Assembly: GCF_009834535.1 (NCBI RefSeq)
Contig: NC_045697.1
Span: 81,532,001-81,596,000 of the forward strand
Direction of reading: 5' to 3'
Length of the DNA stretch: 64,000 nt
Source of the DNA: Camelus ferus
Lineage: Eukaryota
In this document: positions 1 to 11,681 of the stretch, one piece after another
How the letters are laid out: every line of letters starts with the position of its first letter
How positions within the stretch are numbered: the stretch's first letter is position 1
Position numbers and translations under genes: made by a program
The notes under the pieces: model-generated
Database searches by the model: none
What the model was told of the DNA's origin: nothing
What the model saw: only the letters and a program-made list of their open reading frames with translations

Positions 1-553
1 ACAAATATATATCATGTCTGACAGATAAATTGAACTTATCTAATAAACTGTTCAGTCAAATTTTCAAGCAGAAAATGCTGATGTTTCTATCCTGGTACTT
101 GTTTCAAAGCCATTTGTCAAAATTTAAAACAAAATATAAATTATGGATTCAAAATATGAGTTGTGGGGATGCCACAGATTGTAATATAAGGTTTAGATTA
201 ACAAGATTTTCAAATCAAGTTGCAAAGCAACCACTTCAATGACTGAAAAAAAAACGCTGCTAAAATCTTAAGACTGTGTTTATTTTCAGATTGTGTTAGT
301 GTAATCATCATTAATCTTTAGTTGTTTAAAGTGAATTTTTTTCATTTTATTCTTTTTATTGTTATTGAAGGGATAGATGGACATTTTAAATTTTTATATT
401 TTAAACCCATCCAAATGGGCCTAATATTAAAAGTAAAATCTCTTTATCTGCCATTACCACAACTCCAGGTCACTTTTGTCCTTTTCTGTTTGTTTCTAGT
501 CTGTCTGATAATTCAAACCCAAACTCTAAATAATGTGGCTCTTTCACAGTAAT

Positions 554-987
554 TTCTTAGGAATTGAATTGTGTCCCTCTCCCCAAATTCATGTGTTGAA
601 GTTCTAATCTGCAGTATCTTAGAACGTGACCTTATTTGGAAATAGAGTTGTTATCGATGTAATGAGTTACAATGAGGTCATACTGGAATGGGTCCCTAAT
701 CCAACTATGACTGGCATTCTTATAAAAAGGAGAAATCTCGACACAGACACTTCTCAGGGAGACCACCACGTCAAGAATGAAGTCGTGCTTCCACAAGCCA
801 AGCATTACCAGAACTTAGGAGACTGGCCTGGAAGAGACCCTTCCCTAGTTCCTTCAGGGAAAATGTAGCCCTGCCAACAACTTGACCTTGGACTTCTAAT
901 CTATACAACTATAAGACAACACATTTCTGATGTTAAGTCATTCAGTTTTTATGATACTTTGTTACAACAGCCTAGTAAACTAATTTA
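554..987 (+). mobile_element. MaLR solo LTR, MLT1B/MLT1C-like
   Basis: MLT1 motifs: TTGAATTGTGTCCC..AAATTCATGTGTTGAAG, GTGACCTTATTTGGAAATAG, GCCCTGCCAACAACTTGACCTTGGACTTCT, end TTTGTTACAACAGCCTAGTAAACTAAT. Confidence 0.85.
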
Positions 988-997
988 TGATTTGTCC

Positions 998-1120
998 TAT
1001 TTATTGATTTCTTATTATATGCTGGGCACATCTAAGTTCTTTAAATGTGTTATATCATTTAATACTCACCATAGGCTGAATAGGTACCTACTACTATTAA
1101 CCCCATTATGTAAAGAACAC
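998..1120 (-). mobile_element. MIR SINE fragment
   Basis: TATTTATTGA..TATATGCTGGGCAC..TCATTTAATACTCAC..TAGGTAC..TATTAACCCCATT resembles the antisense MIR core and 3' end. Confidence 0.65.
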
Positions 1121-1436
1121 AAGAGGTACCTTTCAAAGCTTACAGTCGGTATGACTTCATGGTTGCTTGCTTAACTGTGCCAACATGATGTTGATTTCTT
1201 AATTCATATAAGGACTCAGATAATTCTAATTAACTTTCCACTAAAAAGGCTGTGAGATTTAGTTCAGTTAAAAATAATCTCTCCTCCCATAATCTCCAAT
1301 ATTACTTAATTTTCAATTTTTATTTTCTATTGGTTAGCTTTATTTTTAAATACTGTATTTAGACCTCTATTTCCTAATCATTCAACTTCAGACATTATTT
1401 CTTATCTACTCAGTATATAAAATTAAGAAAGTAGCA

Positions 1437-1483
1437 ACACTGTAAATTGACTATACTTCAATTAAAAACAAAAAAAAGAAAAA
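1437..1483 (+). mobile_element. Ultra-short L1 3'-terminal insertion with A-rich tail
   Basis: ACACTGTAAATTGACTATACTTCAATTAAAAA matches the L1 3' termini at ~11160-11190 and ~22720-22750; 12-bp TSD AAGAAAGTAGCA at 1425-1436 and 1484-1495. Confidence 0.8.
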
Positions 1484-2232
1484 AAGAAAGTAGCACCTCT
1501 ACACTTCCCTCAAACTCTCCTTCCTCTTTGTATCTCCTAATCTGTCTGCTCCCCCGTTATGTTTACATAGTCAAGGCAGTTGTACGCAGTAAGTTTGATC
1601 AAGTCTTTCCAGTTTCAGAGATTATTCCCTAGTATATAAACATTTTCTCTAAACCAAGTAATCTGATTTAATAATGGAGAACGATTTATTATATGTCACT
1701 AAGCATACTGTTTCAAATTTCAAGGTCAGATGCAATATATTTTCTTATACTTTTTCAACCATCAAAATGTTTTAATTTACTTCATTTAAAAATGTTCACT
1801 TTCTTATACATATTTTCTGCTGAACCCTTCTTTCACCAGAATTTCCTACTTATTTCCTATCATCTTGTTATTAAAGGAAAAAAAGAATAAATTACTAACA
1901 TCTTTATTTGATAAAACAAGTAAGTCTCTACTGACTTACTTAAGTGGGTATATGGCTCTTGTCCTGGGATCTCTTTTCAATGCATATCTGGGCTATTCTT
2001 CAATTCTAATATTTTTAACTCGTTTTAGGTCTTTTTCTTCCAGTCATATTTCATTACTTAAGAAATGTATCTGATTCTTTGCATGTTGTCAATTTTAAAA
2101 TTTTAATCCTTATTAATCAATGGGGCATAGGATTTTAGGTGGCAAATTGTTTTTCCTGTTTTTGAGAACTATATAGGCATTACTTTTTTCTAAAATTACT
2201 AATGAAAAGCCTTATCAAAGCCTATAGGCATT

Positions 2233-2655
2233 TTTCCTTAGTTGAGGTTTCCTCAATGCAGCCTTTGAGGCAAGAGTTTGATCCCAAATAGTTGAGTTCA
2301 GATAACCTAAAAAACACTTGAAGGGTAAGGAGTAAGTTATGCCAAGAAGGGAAGGCAGCGGAGGCCTTGCTATCAAGCGAGTTACCACTGTGTGTAACTG
2401 AAGCCCAATCCCACAGAAGATCCCTAGGATTCAGTGTAGATGATTTTCCTCAAAGTGATTCCAAAGTGAGGGCTGAAGGACTAAGGAGTTGATGCTTCAA
2501 TTTCTGCTAGGCATTGAATGTGGAATTCACTGGTTGTGGAACTGGGCAAAAACGAGCTGAGAAAATTCTAAGGCAAAGAGAGCCAGGCATGAGGCAAGGT
2601 ATGGCGGTGGCAGGGGTGAGAACACAGAACGTGGTCTCCAGATGTGTGTGCTACA
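2233..2655 (-). mobile_element. ERV-L solo LTR, LTR33/LTR16 family
   Basis: CTTAGTTGAGGTTTCCTC..TGAGGCAAGAGTTTGA..GAGTTACCACTGTGTGTAACTGAAGCCCAATCCCAC resembles the reverse LTR33/LTR16C consensus; ends TGCTACA. Confidence 0.7.
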
Positions 2656-2764
2656 CTGTATGTGTACAAACACTGTCAGCTTGTAGCTGTCTTCCCATTC
2701 ACTCTCGAAGACTTCATGATTTTATCTCTATTCTCTGAATCCCCCAATTTTAGGAGAATGTGTG

Positions 2765-3000
2765 TCATTCAGTCTGTTGACATTTGACAGGGCCTTTAAA
2801 ATAAAGTACAAAGCCTTTCTTTAGCTTTGTGAAAATGTACTCTATTATTATTTTGATTATTTCCTTTATTCGACTAATATACTTTTCTTTTTCAGAAATT
2901 TCTATTAGACAGGTATTGGTAGCTGTCCTACGTTTTATTTTCCCATACACATATTGATTTTTTTCTAGACAATTTTGTTTTTATTTCCCATGACCTCTTT
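2765..3000 (-). mobile_element. Ancient L1/HAL1 ORF1 remnant
   Basis: Track ORF KRRTATNTCLIEISEKEK..KEIIKIIIEYIFTKLKK resembles ORF1p RRSNIRIIGVPE..EEIIEENFPELKK. Confidence 0.6.
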
Positions 3001-3544
3001 TTCTTGCTTCCTGCTTCTTTTCATAGCAAGCTTTTAGGTTTTATGGATTCATTTTTTATTCCCTTTTATTTATAGAAGGAATATATTCTGAAGATATTTT
3101 AGAAGCATTTTCTGATTTACTTGTTCCCATTCTTGGACCTTGTTCTCAAATTAGTCAAAGTATCATTGAATAGACTTTTTGTTATTGTATTATCTCCTTC
3201 TAGGGAAATATCTTTCTTACTTAAAATTTAGGGAGCAGATTCCCATCTCTCAGCAGCCACTCTGACTTTTAGTATATGTTTCAAGTACTTGTCAGGTATG
3301 CGTTATTGCACAGACTTTATCATTGTAGGTTTTTCTTTCATTTGATATAAATATTCACCCTCTTTTCTTCATTATTTGAACACTGTAGTTGGACTCTAGG
3401 GAAGCATGTGTAGTAGTTCACAGATTTTTGCCCAGATTAATTCAGCTTAAAGTTAATCCATATAAAAATATAAATAAATCTCTTTCTGTTAGTAGATTTC
3501 TACTATAACAGTTTCTTACAAGTTATTAAAATTTGTAGTTTCAA

Positions 3545-4390
3545 ACATGTTTTCTAATTATAAAAGTGCTATAGTATTCCTTTTCAAAATATTTCAAAAT
3601 ACAGAAATATATAAATAAGAGTGCAAGAATATCAGTTCACACCTCAGATGTAACAATTGCTTTATGTACTTTATTTATATATATTTAGAATTTTACTAGT
3701 GTAATCCTCATAGTATTTTAATGTATATTCTTTTTATTACTGTAATCTGTGACGAATGATAAAAAAATTAACACATTAATTCCCTAATTTTTTTCTTCAC
3801 ATCACCAATTATCTATCTTAATAAAAAATTTATGCTTTTAGTGCTAGAGTTTAAAATAAAATATTATTTCCTGCATTATTTATTTACCCCTTAAAGGGCA
3901 ATTTTTGATATTCACATTGCATCTGGTGTCCATCTTATTAATGATTTAGGAAATCCTAAATTAACTGGTGTACTGATCACCACCGATATGTTTAGCAAAG
4001 CAATTCTTATTTTCTAATTAAGTATTTTGATTATTTCACTCTGTCAGTTGGATTACACCTTTAAGTAATTTTTTTTCAAGAACAATGTATGAGTCACACA
4101 TCTTCAAATTATTTAAAACTCTCCTTTATGTTTACAGTTGAAAATGATATGATAGGTCTAAATATTTTCCAAAGAACTTTCTAGCTTTTTCAATATTTAT
4201 ACTGCAAAAATGTCTGGTTCTATTTTTGTTTTCTTACTTTTCTTTAATTGGGTAACTTTTTTTTTTGTTTCCTATGTTTATAGATATTTTCTCTTCTTTC
4301 TGGCAGCTCAATTTATTTAATAAATATGTCTATATAGATGTCATTTTCAGTAACTTTTACCTGGAATATGTGTCTGTTGTAGACTTAATT
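3545..4390 (-). mobile_element. Highly decayed L1ME/HAL1-type fragment
   Basis: T-rich tract starting TTTTCTAATTATAAAAGT..CAAAATACAGAAATATATAAA, typical of antisense L1ME 3' ends. Confidence 0.4.
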
Positions 4391-5199
4391 CTATCACTGT
4401 GATAAAACAATTAAAGACCATGGTTCAAACTCTTGGAAATGTTTGTAGAAATACTGCAGAGAGACCACATAACAGAGCAACCAATTGTAACAAATCCAAG
4501 ATTTAAATAGCTACATCATTTCTTCTGAATGTAAAAATCTGCACCCAAACTATTTATTTCAAGAAAAAATCAATTGCATTATACATAATTTTGAGATCCT
4601 CTTCACTCATGTTTTAAAAAAGAATAACCAAATAGATTGAGCTGGAATGATTTAAAGACCACTGCAATTTTACAAAATATATATATTAAGGGAGTATTAT
4701 TTAGCTTAATTTAAAATTTTAATATTTTCTATCAGTTTCCAAGACCTTAACATACATTCTATTTCAAATTATTTTACTTCAAATTTAAATTTAGTATGTT
4801 ACTTGGCACTAACATCATTATTCCTAGTTTCTTAACTATTTCTCAAATTATACTGTTGTGGTAATGGTGATTGTAAGGAGAAAAAAGACAATGAAATAAC
4901 CAAAGATTAAAAAGTCTGAATATTAATGTTAAACAGAGGTAAAATATTTTAAAATACCTCTAAGATAACAAATATGAAGAATGGAAATTATATTCCCTCT
5001 AAAACAAACAGATTCTTAGGAAAGAATTGTCGTTGTTTTTACAGGCAATTCAAGTGTAAAGAGAGAAACATGTTATTTATAAATAGGTTCAATTTGAGAT
5101 ATTTTCTTCTATGTTTCTTTGTGATGTGGGATTGTAGTTTAAGTAAGAAGTTTGAATTGAATTTGTAACCATTGTGGCTTTTCTGTATAAAGACTATTC

Positions 5200-5640
5200 A
5201 GTAGGGAATAATTAGAGGAGAGTCTACAGTTGAAACAACAAAAACTTGTTCACACATGGGGACTGAGTGGAGACACAAAAGAGCACAGATCAGAGTGTTT
5301 TAATAAGTTTGAGAAATATAAATAGTATTCTTCAAAAAATTCTCTGAAGGAGGCATGTAAGGAGTCTTTGGAGATGTAACAGAGAACCAAGGGATTGCTT
5401 TGGCATGAAAACCAAAGAGGGGTGGAAATTTAAAAAGACATGCTAAAATATCAAACGTGACTGAAAGAAGAAAAGGGAGAATTGAATCCTAATAAATAAT
5501 GATTTGAATAAGAGGTGCATTATAATTGCATTAATTAAGTTTTAATCAAGTAACACAAGAGAAGCCAAACTGCACAGAGTCCAAAGAAAATTGTAGTAAG
5601 AAAATACAGAAATAGTAGGTGCAATTCTCACTGGAAAACA
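5200..5640 (-). mobile_element. L2 LINE fragment
   Basis: Purine-rich decayed stretch with GAGAACCAAGGGATTGC..TGGCATGAAAACCAAAGAGG and AGAAGCCAAACTGCACAGAGT, typical of antisense L2. Confidence 0.45.
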
Positions 5641-8600
5641 TGGATAGATTAGAATATAAGATATATAAGAAGAATTATAAAAAGGTTGGTAACCCTAGTC
5701 TTAATTACATTAAGATGTTACATTAACAAGAAAAAATAAATGACAAAATAATAATTCTATGTTGATAATCAATTTTTACACAAAATATTTCACAAATATT
5801 TTCACAGAAACTATGTCATTTACATCTTACTGTACAATTTTTTTAGATTATAATGCATGTAACCTATGACTACTGTACCAATCGGATACACACATGAATG
5901 ATTAATAAAGTTTTATGAATTTTTTCCTAGTATGATTCCATAAGGACCTTGAAGAAGGAAACGATGAATAAAGTTACACTGCAGAAAAAAAATTTGTTTG
6001 GTTTTTCTTAAATAGTCATTTAATAACAAAATCTACAAGACTCCAAGAAGCCAGCACAGTTTATATATGTTTGAAGTTGATTTCCTGTTGACTTGTCTTA
6101 AATCTAACCTAAAGCTGTGGGTGCTGTGTATAAAATCATCATTAATACTGCCTTGATTTTAATAGCATCTTAGTTTCCTTGGAACGCAAGGTTGAAAGAG
6201 TTGATCAAACAGAATAAAACTCTCCTGAGATAGTAATCATATTTGACTTCTTCAAACATAAAATTTTTTCTTATATTTTAATTATTTCATGTGCCACATG
6301 CACTAATAAAATTATGAAAGTAAAGAATTTGGGTCAAAGTGTATCTGCTTAGACGAACCAACTGTTACTCTGAAAACTAGGATTAATTAGTCAGTGATTT
6401 ACAACTTCAGACAACAGTTCTCTGGTAGGCCTTTGACATGCATAAAGACAGCAGAAGGAATTCCCAATTGTCCTACAAAGTTCAACATGGATACTTGTTT
6501 GTCAGAAGATGGACTATAGGAAAACCACAAGGCTCTACTCCTGGCACATGGCAGGTGATAAGCTATTCTAATTCTTCATCATAACAATTTGGGTTTCTAT
6601 AAACAACTATGAATTGAGCCGGTAAATTTAGCCCTCATCTGTAACAGCAGAGCTGCTATGAGGTTACATAATAAAATAGGAGGCTGTTAGCTTGGCTGCC
6701 AGAAGAAATGTCTGAATTAAGAGTTACATTTAAGCAACTTACTTTCAATGGAGCTACTACCAGCAAATTTCTTTGAAGACCCTATATTTTATCCAACAAA
6801 GTAGTTTCAACAAATCTTTTGAATCTCAAACATATTAGTAAGCTAGATAAGTGTTTTTCTACTTATTTTGAATTAGTCGTTTCCAAATGTATCTATAGGA
6901 AATGAGAAAGGAACATTTTGTTAGAGTGAACAAAATTCATATACATAATTGTAAAGGGATAAAATTGTTTCAGTAGATTCAGTCATTGTTTTAATTGATT
7001 GCTTAAAAAATTTTAAAACATATGAAATAAGTCAGACTTAAAAAGTCTTTTTTATGAGAAACTTGTGAAAAGCATTGAATTATTCACATTTTTAACACAG
7101 GCAACATGCTAGATTCACATTAAGAGAGGATAAAATTAGGTAATTCATTGCATGCATGGTCATTTTTAAATTTGTATGCTCTTGTATCCTATGTTTTAGA
7201 AGAACACATTTTTGTGGATTTAAAACATTGTTATTAATTGTATTATGTTTATCAAAAATTCCAGCTGCAAAAATTATACAATTTACCCACATATCTTTTT
7301 GGCAGTCATGTTAGGTAGTGATGGCTTAATATAATAATATATATTCAAACATGAGAAGCCCATTCCAAAATCTGTCATTTCTAAATAAATGTAATGAAAG
7401 CACTTAGAAAACAAGATTGTTTTTCTGGGTAATGTTTCCCAAAGCATGAACTAAACTTCTATATAGATAATTATCTGAACAGAAATTTAAAGGAGGAAAA
7501 GCATAATTCCATTTCCCATATATACAATATATAATATATTTACACATATATATACCTACACTGCACAACCTATATGTATACTTAATATAAAGGAAGACAA
7601 AATTCCTTTTAGAAGGAATTTGATTCTGAGTATAAGAATAGAAATTCTGAAAAAAGGCAATTTTAGAAGAAGTAATTTATCTAGATTTACATCTTAATAG
7701 TAAGACTGATGGCTAATTATTCTATTCACTGGAACTGAATGAGGAAAGCTCACTACTCTTTTTCACTCCTGGCACTTTAAAATGTTAGCACACATACACA
7801 CACAGAGGCAGGGTTCTTTGGTTTTAAAAGCTGTTTGGATGTTTATTATCATTTTCTTCATCTGGCTTCTTCCAAAAGTGCTGATACCTACAGCTTGAAA
7901 ATTATGGGTTAAGTAGGAATGGTTCTTTCTTTGTGACTTTCTTTTAGATTAAAATTGGAAATCACAGTTCTAATCCCACTTTTTTCTCTGATTCTTAACT
8001 GCAATAACTATTAGTCATAAATGTCAGTTTCACATGGAACTAAATTTATTTAAAATATAGTATATTCAAAAGCGAAAGTGTCTTCTTTGTTCTTTCTCAC
8101 AACCTGAACAATGATAGAATCAGAGGCACCTTGTTGTTCCTTTTAATAATATTAAACTTCAGTCTTCTTACACGTGTCATTGAATAAGCCCACATTCAGT
8201 CTAAAATTCTCTTCAAAACATGCATTTTCCTTCCTACTGTTCTTTTAATTTTGCACATTATAAGCTTAATTCTCCAATCCACAGGTTTACACAGAGGATG
8301 GGGAAAATCGCAATTCTCACCCCTGTGGGAGTACTGCCTTTCCTGCAAGCTTTTTCTACCCCTCAAGACCCAGGAGATGTTGAGGACGTGGTGTGTGTCT
8401 ACTGACAGAGCGATCAACTCCAAGTCTGTGCTCCATCACACCTTAGTGCTTCCAATATACAGACTGTGTGTGTATGTGATTGTGTGCACAAAATGTTGTG
8501 ATGTTGTGCCAGCAGACAATGGCTCGATAACTGATACCTCAGTGTAGGTGGAATTTATAGCTTGTAACAGGGAACTTGAAATGGTTTTGATGCGGACATA

Positions 8601-10040
8601 AGATTTTTCACCCCATGCAGTTAGTTGTGATGGCACCCCATGGAGGTGACAAGGGAAACAGGACAGTAAATGGAGTATGAACTTCTGTGTGCAGTCTTAT
8701 TCTGTTGCATAGTCTTTCACTGAAGTCAATATAACATCAGGACAAAGGTAACTCACCTTAAGCATTGCATTATATTGAAAAATTAGCAAAAACAGGGCTT
8801 AAAATCAGAAATAGCAGTGAAATCCAGTGCTCCAAATATGTGTAAATTAAGAATGTATCTATAAAATTTCAACACTGTATCTGTAAAGTATTTCAGTACA
8901 CCAGGTCTAGATGAAGTTATTTTCTAAAGTTAATTCTGGAGTCTGACCATTTATTAGACATACTGCATGAGAAAATGGGCTAATAATTACTATAGAAAGT
9001 CTTGCATTAGGACCTGAAGATTTTGAGAATGACAATATATAGGTGTTTCAATGATTAATCAAAATAGAATAAATAAAGGGAAACAGAGATGTAAAATTAT
9101 TACCAAGTTTCTGTATATTCTTTCAGCAGGTAATGGGAATATGGAGAATAGTTAGATATTTTTCCTGAAACATTCTTGTTTACCTTTAGTTCAAGCTTCC
9201 AAAAAAATGGAGAGGGAAATGATTAGCTTCATTAATAAGAAAATATAAACACTTGATCAGTGGTTTTAAAATTTTTTCGCTACAAATCGCACCCATTTGT
9301 GTTAGTGTGATGCCCACATCTGTGTACAAACATCTGTGAAGTGCTATAATTGTTTTCAGTAATAGATTCTTCAGAGCTAACATCTGGTGCTACATAATCT
9401 CAGAATATCTGATGCTTCTGTCCAGATGAAGAACTCATATTCTAGTCCTACACCCCAATTTTCCCCATCACTATGAGGCTGAATCTTGTTGTTAGATCAG
9501 ACAGATTTTTCATCTCTAAATTTCTTCAACTTTCTTACTATATCCAGGAACACTAGTGGACATTGATCCTCAATTTTAATTTCCCAAGTACCTATACAAT
9601 TCATAGGCAAGGAATAGTTTCAAATCATAGGTCTATTATAATGAATGGATAGGGAACACTTATGAAAGTTATAACATTGTGTTCAGGCATAGTGGGCTAT
9701 ATATGTGGATGTCCAGTATCAGAGAAGCAAAGGGAGGACTAGGAACAAACTGGGTAAGTGCATGACATTGGTGCTCTCAGCATGTTTCTCATTTGTACTG
9801 TTGTTGAAAGAGTATGGGTCCTGAGATGGGAAAACGATTCAGAATGATTATCATTTTCTTAAATGTGATTTTGATTCAGTTAAATTCCTTGAGCCCTATT
9901 TTCCTACAATGGGAATAGTTTTTTATAACTGTAAAATCTGTGCCAATGTTCAGTAAGGGTCAGTTCTTTTGCCTTCTTTCATCCCCAGTTACAGAGATGT
10001 AAGTATCAAAATATAAGAAAGAAAAAAAATGCCATATTTG

Positions 10041-11190
10041 TCTCCCAAGGCAACAGAAATAAAAGCAAAAATAAACAAATAGGACCTAATTAACTTAACC
10101 AGATTTTGCACAGCAAAGGAAACCATAAACAAAACAAAAAGACAACCTACAGACTGGGAGAAAATATTTGCAAATGATGCAACTTACAAGGGCTTAATTT
10201 CCAGAATATAAAAACAACACATACAACTTTTAATAACAACAACAACCAAAAAAACCAAATAATGAAATCCAAAAATGGGCAGAAGACCTAAACAGACATT
10301 TCTCCAATGAAGACATACAAATAGCCAAAAGGCACATGAAAAGATGCTCAATATTGCTAATTATCAGGAAATGCAAATCAAAGCTATAATGAGGTATCAC
10401 CTCACACCAGTCAGAATGGCCATCATTAAAAAGTCCACTAATGATAAATGCTGGAGAGGGTCTGAAGAAAAGGGAACTCTCTTACACTGCTGGTGGGAAT
10501 GTAATTTGGTGCAGCCATTATGGAAAACGGTATGGGGATGCCTTAAAAAACTAAAAATAAACTTACCGTATGATCTAGCAATCTCACTCCTGGGCATATA
10601 TCCTGAGAGAACTCTAATTTCAACAGATACATGCACTCCAATGTTCATAGCAGCACCATTTACAACAGTCCAAACATAGAAGCAATCCAAATGTTCACCT
10701 ACAGATGACTAGATGAAGAAGTTGTGATATATATACACAAAGGAATATTACTCAGTCATAAATAAGAATGAAATAATGCTATTTGCAGCAACATGGATGG
10801 ACCCAGAAATTATCACACTAAGTCAAGTAAGTCAGAGAGAGACAAATATCATGTAATATCACTTATTTGTAGAATCTAAAAAAATGACACAAATGAATAT
10901 AAGTTACAAAACAGAAACAGACTCACAGACAGAAAATAAACTTACAGTTACCAATGGGGAAAGGTGGAGGGGGATAAATTGGGCATTTGGGATTTGCAGA
11001 TACTACTTACTATACATAAATTAGATAAGCAACAAGGTCTTACTGTATAGCACATGGAACTATTCAATATCTTGTAATAATCTATAACCAAAAAGAATAT
11101 GAAAATAACATATATATATATAACTGAATCACTATGCTGTACACCAGAAACCAACATAACATTTTAAATCAACTATCTTTAATTAAAAAA
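10041..11190 (+). mobile_element. 5'-truncated L1 (ORF2 C-terminus plus 3'UTR), relatively young subfamily
   Basis: ORF 10344-10679 has [42 protein letters not shown] (ORF2p Cys-rich domain); G-rich 3'UTR tract at ~10955-10985; ends TTAATTAAAAAA; degenerate flanking repeat AAAAATGCCATATTT / AAAAAGCATATTT. Confidence 0.95.
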
Positions 11191-11443
11191 GCATATTTAT
11201 ATAATTTTAATATCGTCAATATTTTTAAAAACACTTTATAATATGACTACTGTCAGGAACATGTTAATATGTAGTGTATAGGAAAATATTAGTTTTTAAT
11301 TTAGTTATTAATAACCAATATAGAAGACATTTACAAAAAGATAAGCAAATGAATCAGTAGTGCATTTCCTTAAAGACTTAAAGATTTTCTCACCTTGGGA
11401 AGAATATTTACATGTCTGGCATTTGTTACTAATTACAAAATAT

Positions 11444-11542
11444 ATATATATTTTTAATGCATTTATTTATTTTGTTTTTTGGGGGGAGGTAATTAGCTTT
11501 ATTTATTTATTTACTTATTTACTTACTTTTTAAATTTATTTT

Positions 11543-11585
<43 letters not shown>

Positions 11586-11681
11586 TTCATTTATTTATTT
11601 TCAGAGGAGGTACTAGGGATTGAACCCAGGACCTCATGCATGCTAAGGATGTGCTCTACCACTTGAGCTATACCCTCCCCC
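11444..11681 (-). mobile_element. tRNA-derived SINE, Vic-1-like (camelid), with long (AAAT)n tail
   Basis: Reverse strand GGGGGAGGGTATAGCTCAAGTGGTAGAG..GAGGTCCTGGGTTCAATCCCTAGTACCTCC with Pol III A and B boxes; 15-bp TSD CTAATTACAAAATAT at 11429-11443 and 11682-11696. Confidence 0.9.

Noticed and set aside
8196..8636. Cluster of four overlapping 61-98 aa ORFs in unique sequence
   Set aside because: No recognisable protein motif, no convincing splice-site pair and no retrocopy hallmarks; slightly higher GC explains the ORF lengths.
10344..10679. 111-aa ORF as a host gene
   Set aside because: It is the L1 ORF2p C-terminal Cys-rich region in a truncated, stop-interrupted copy.
11602..11681. 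tRNA gene
   Set aside because: The tRNA-like head has a simple-repeat tail and TSD, so it is a SINE.
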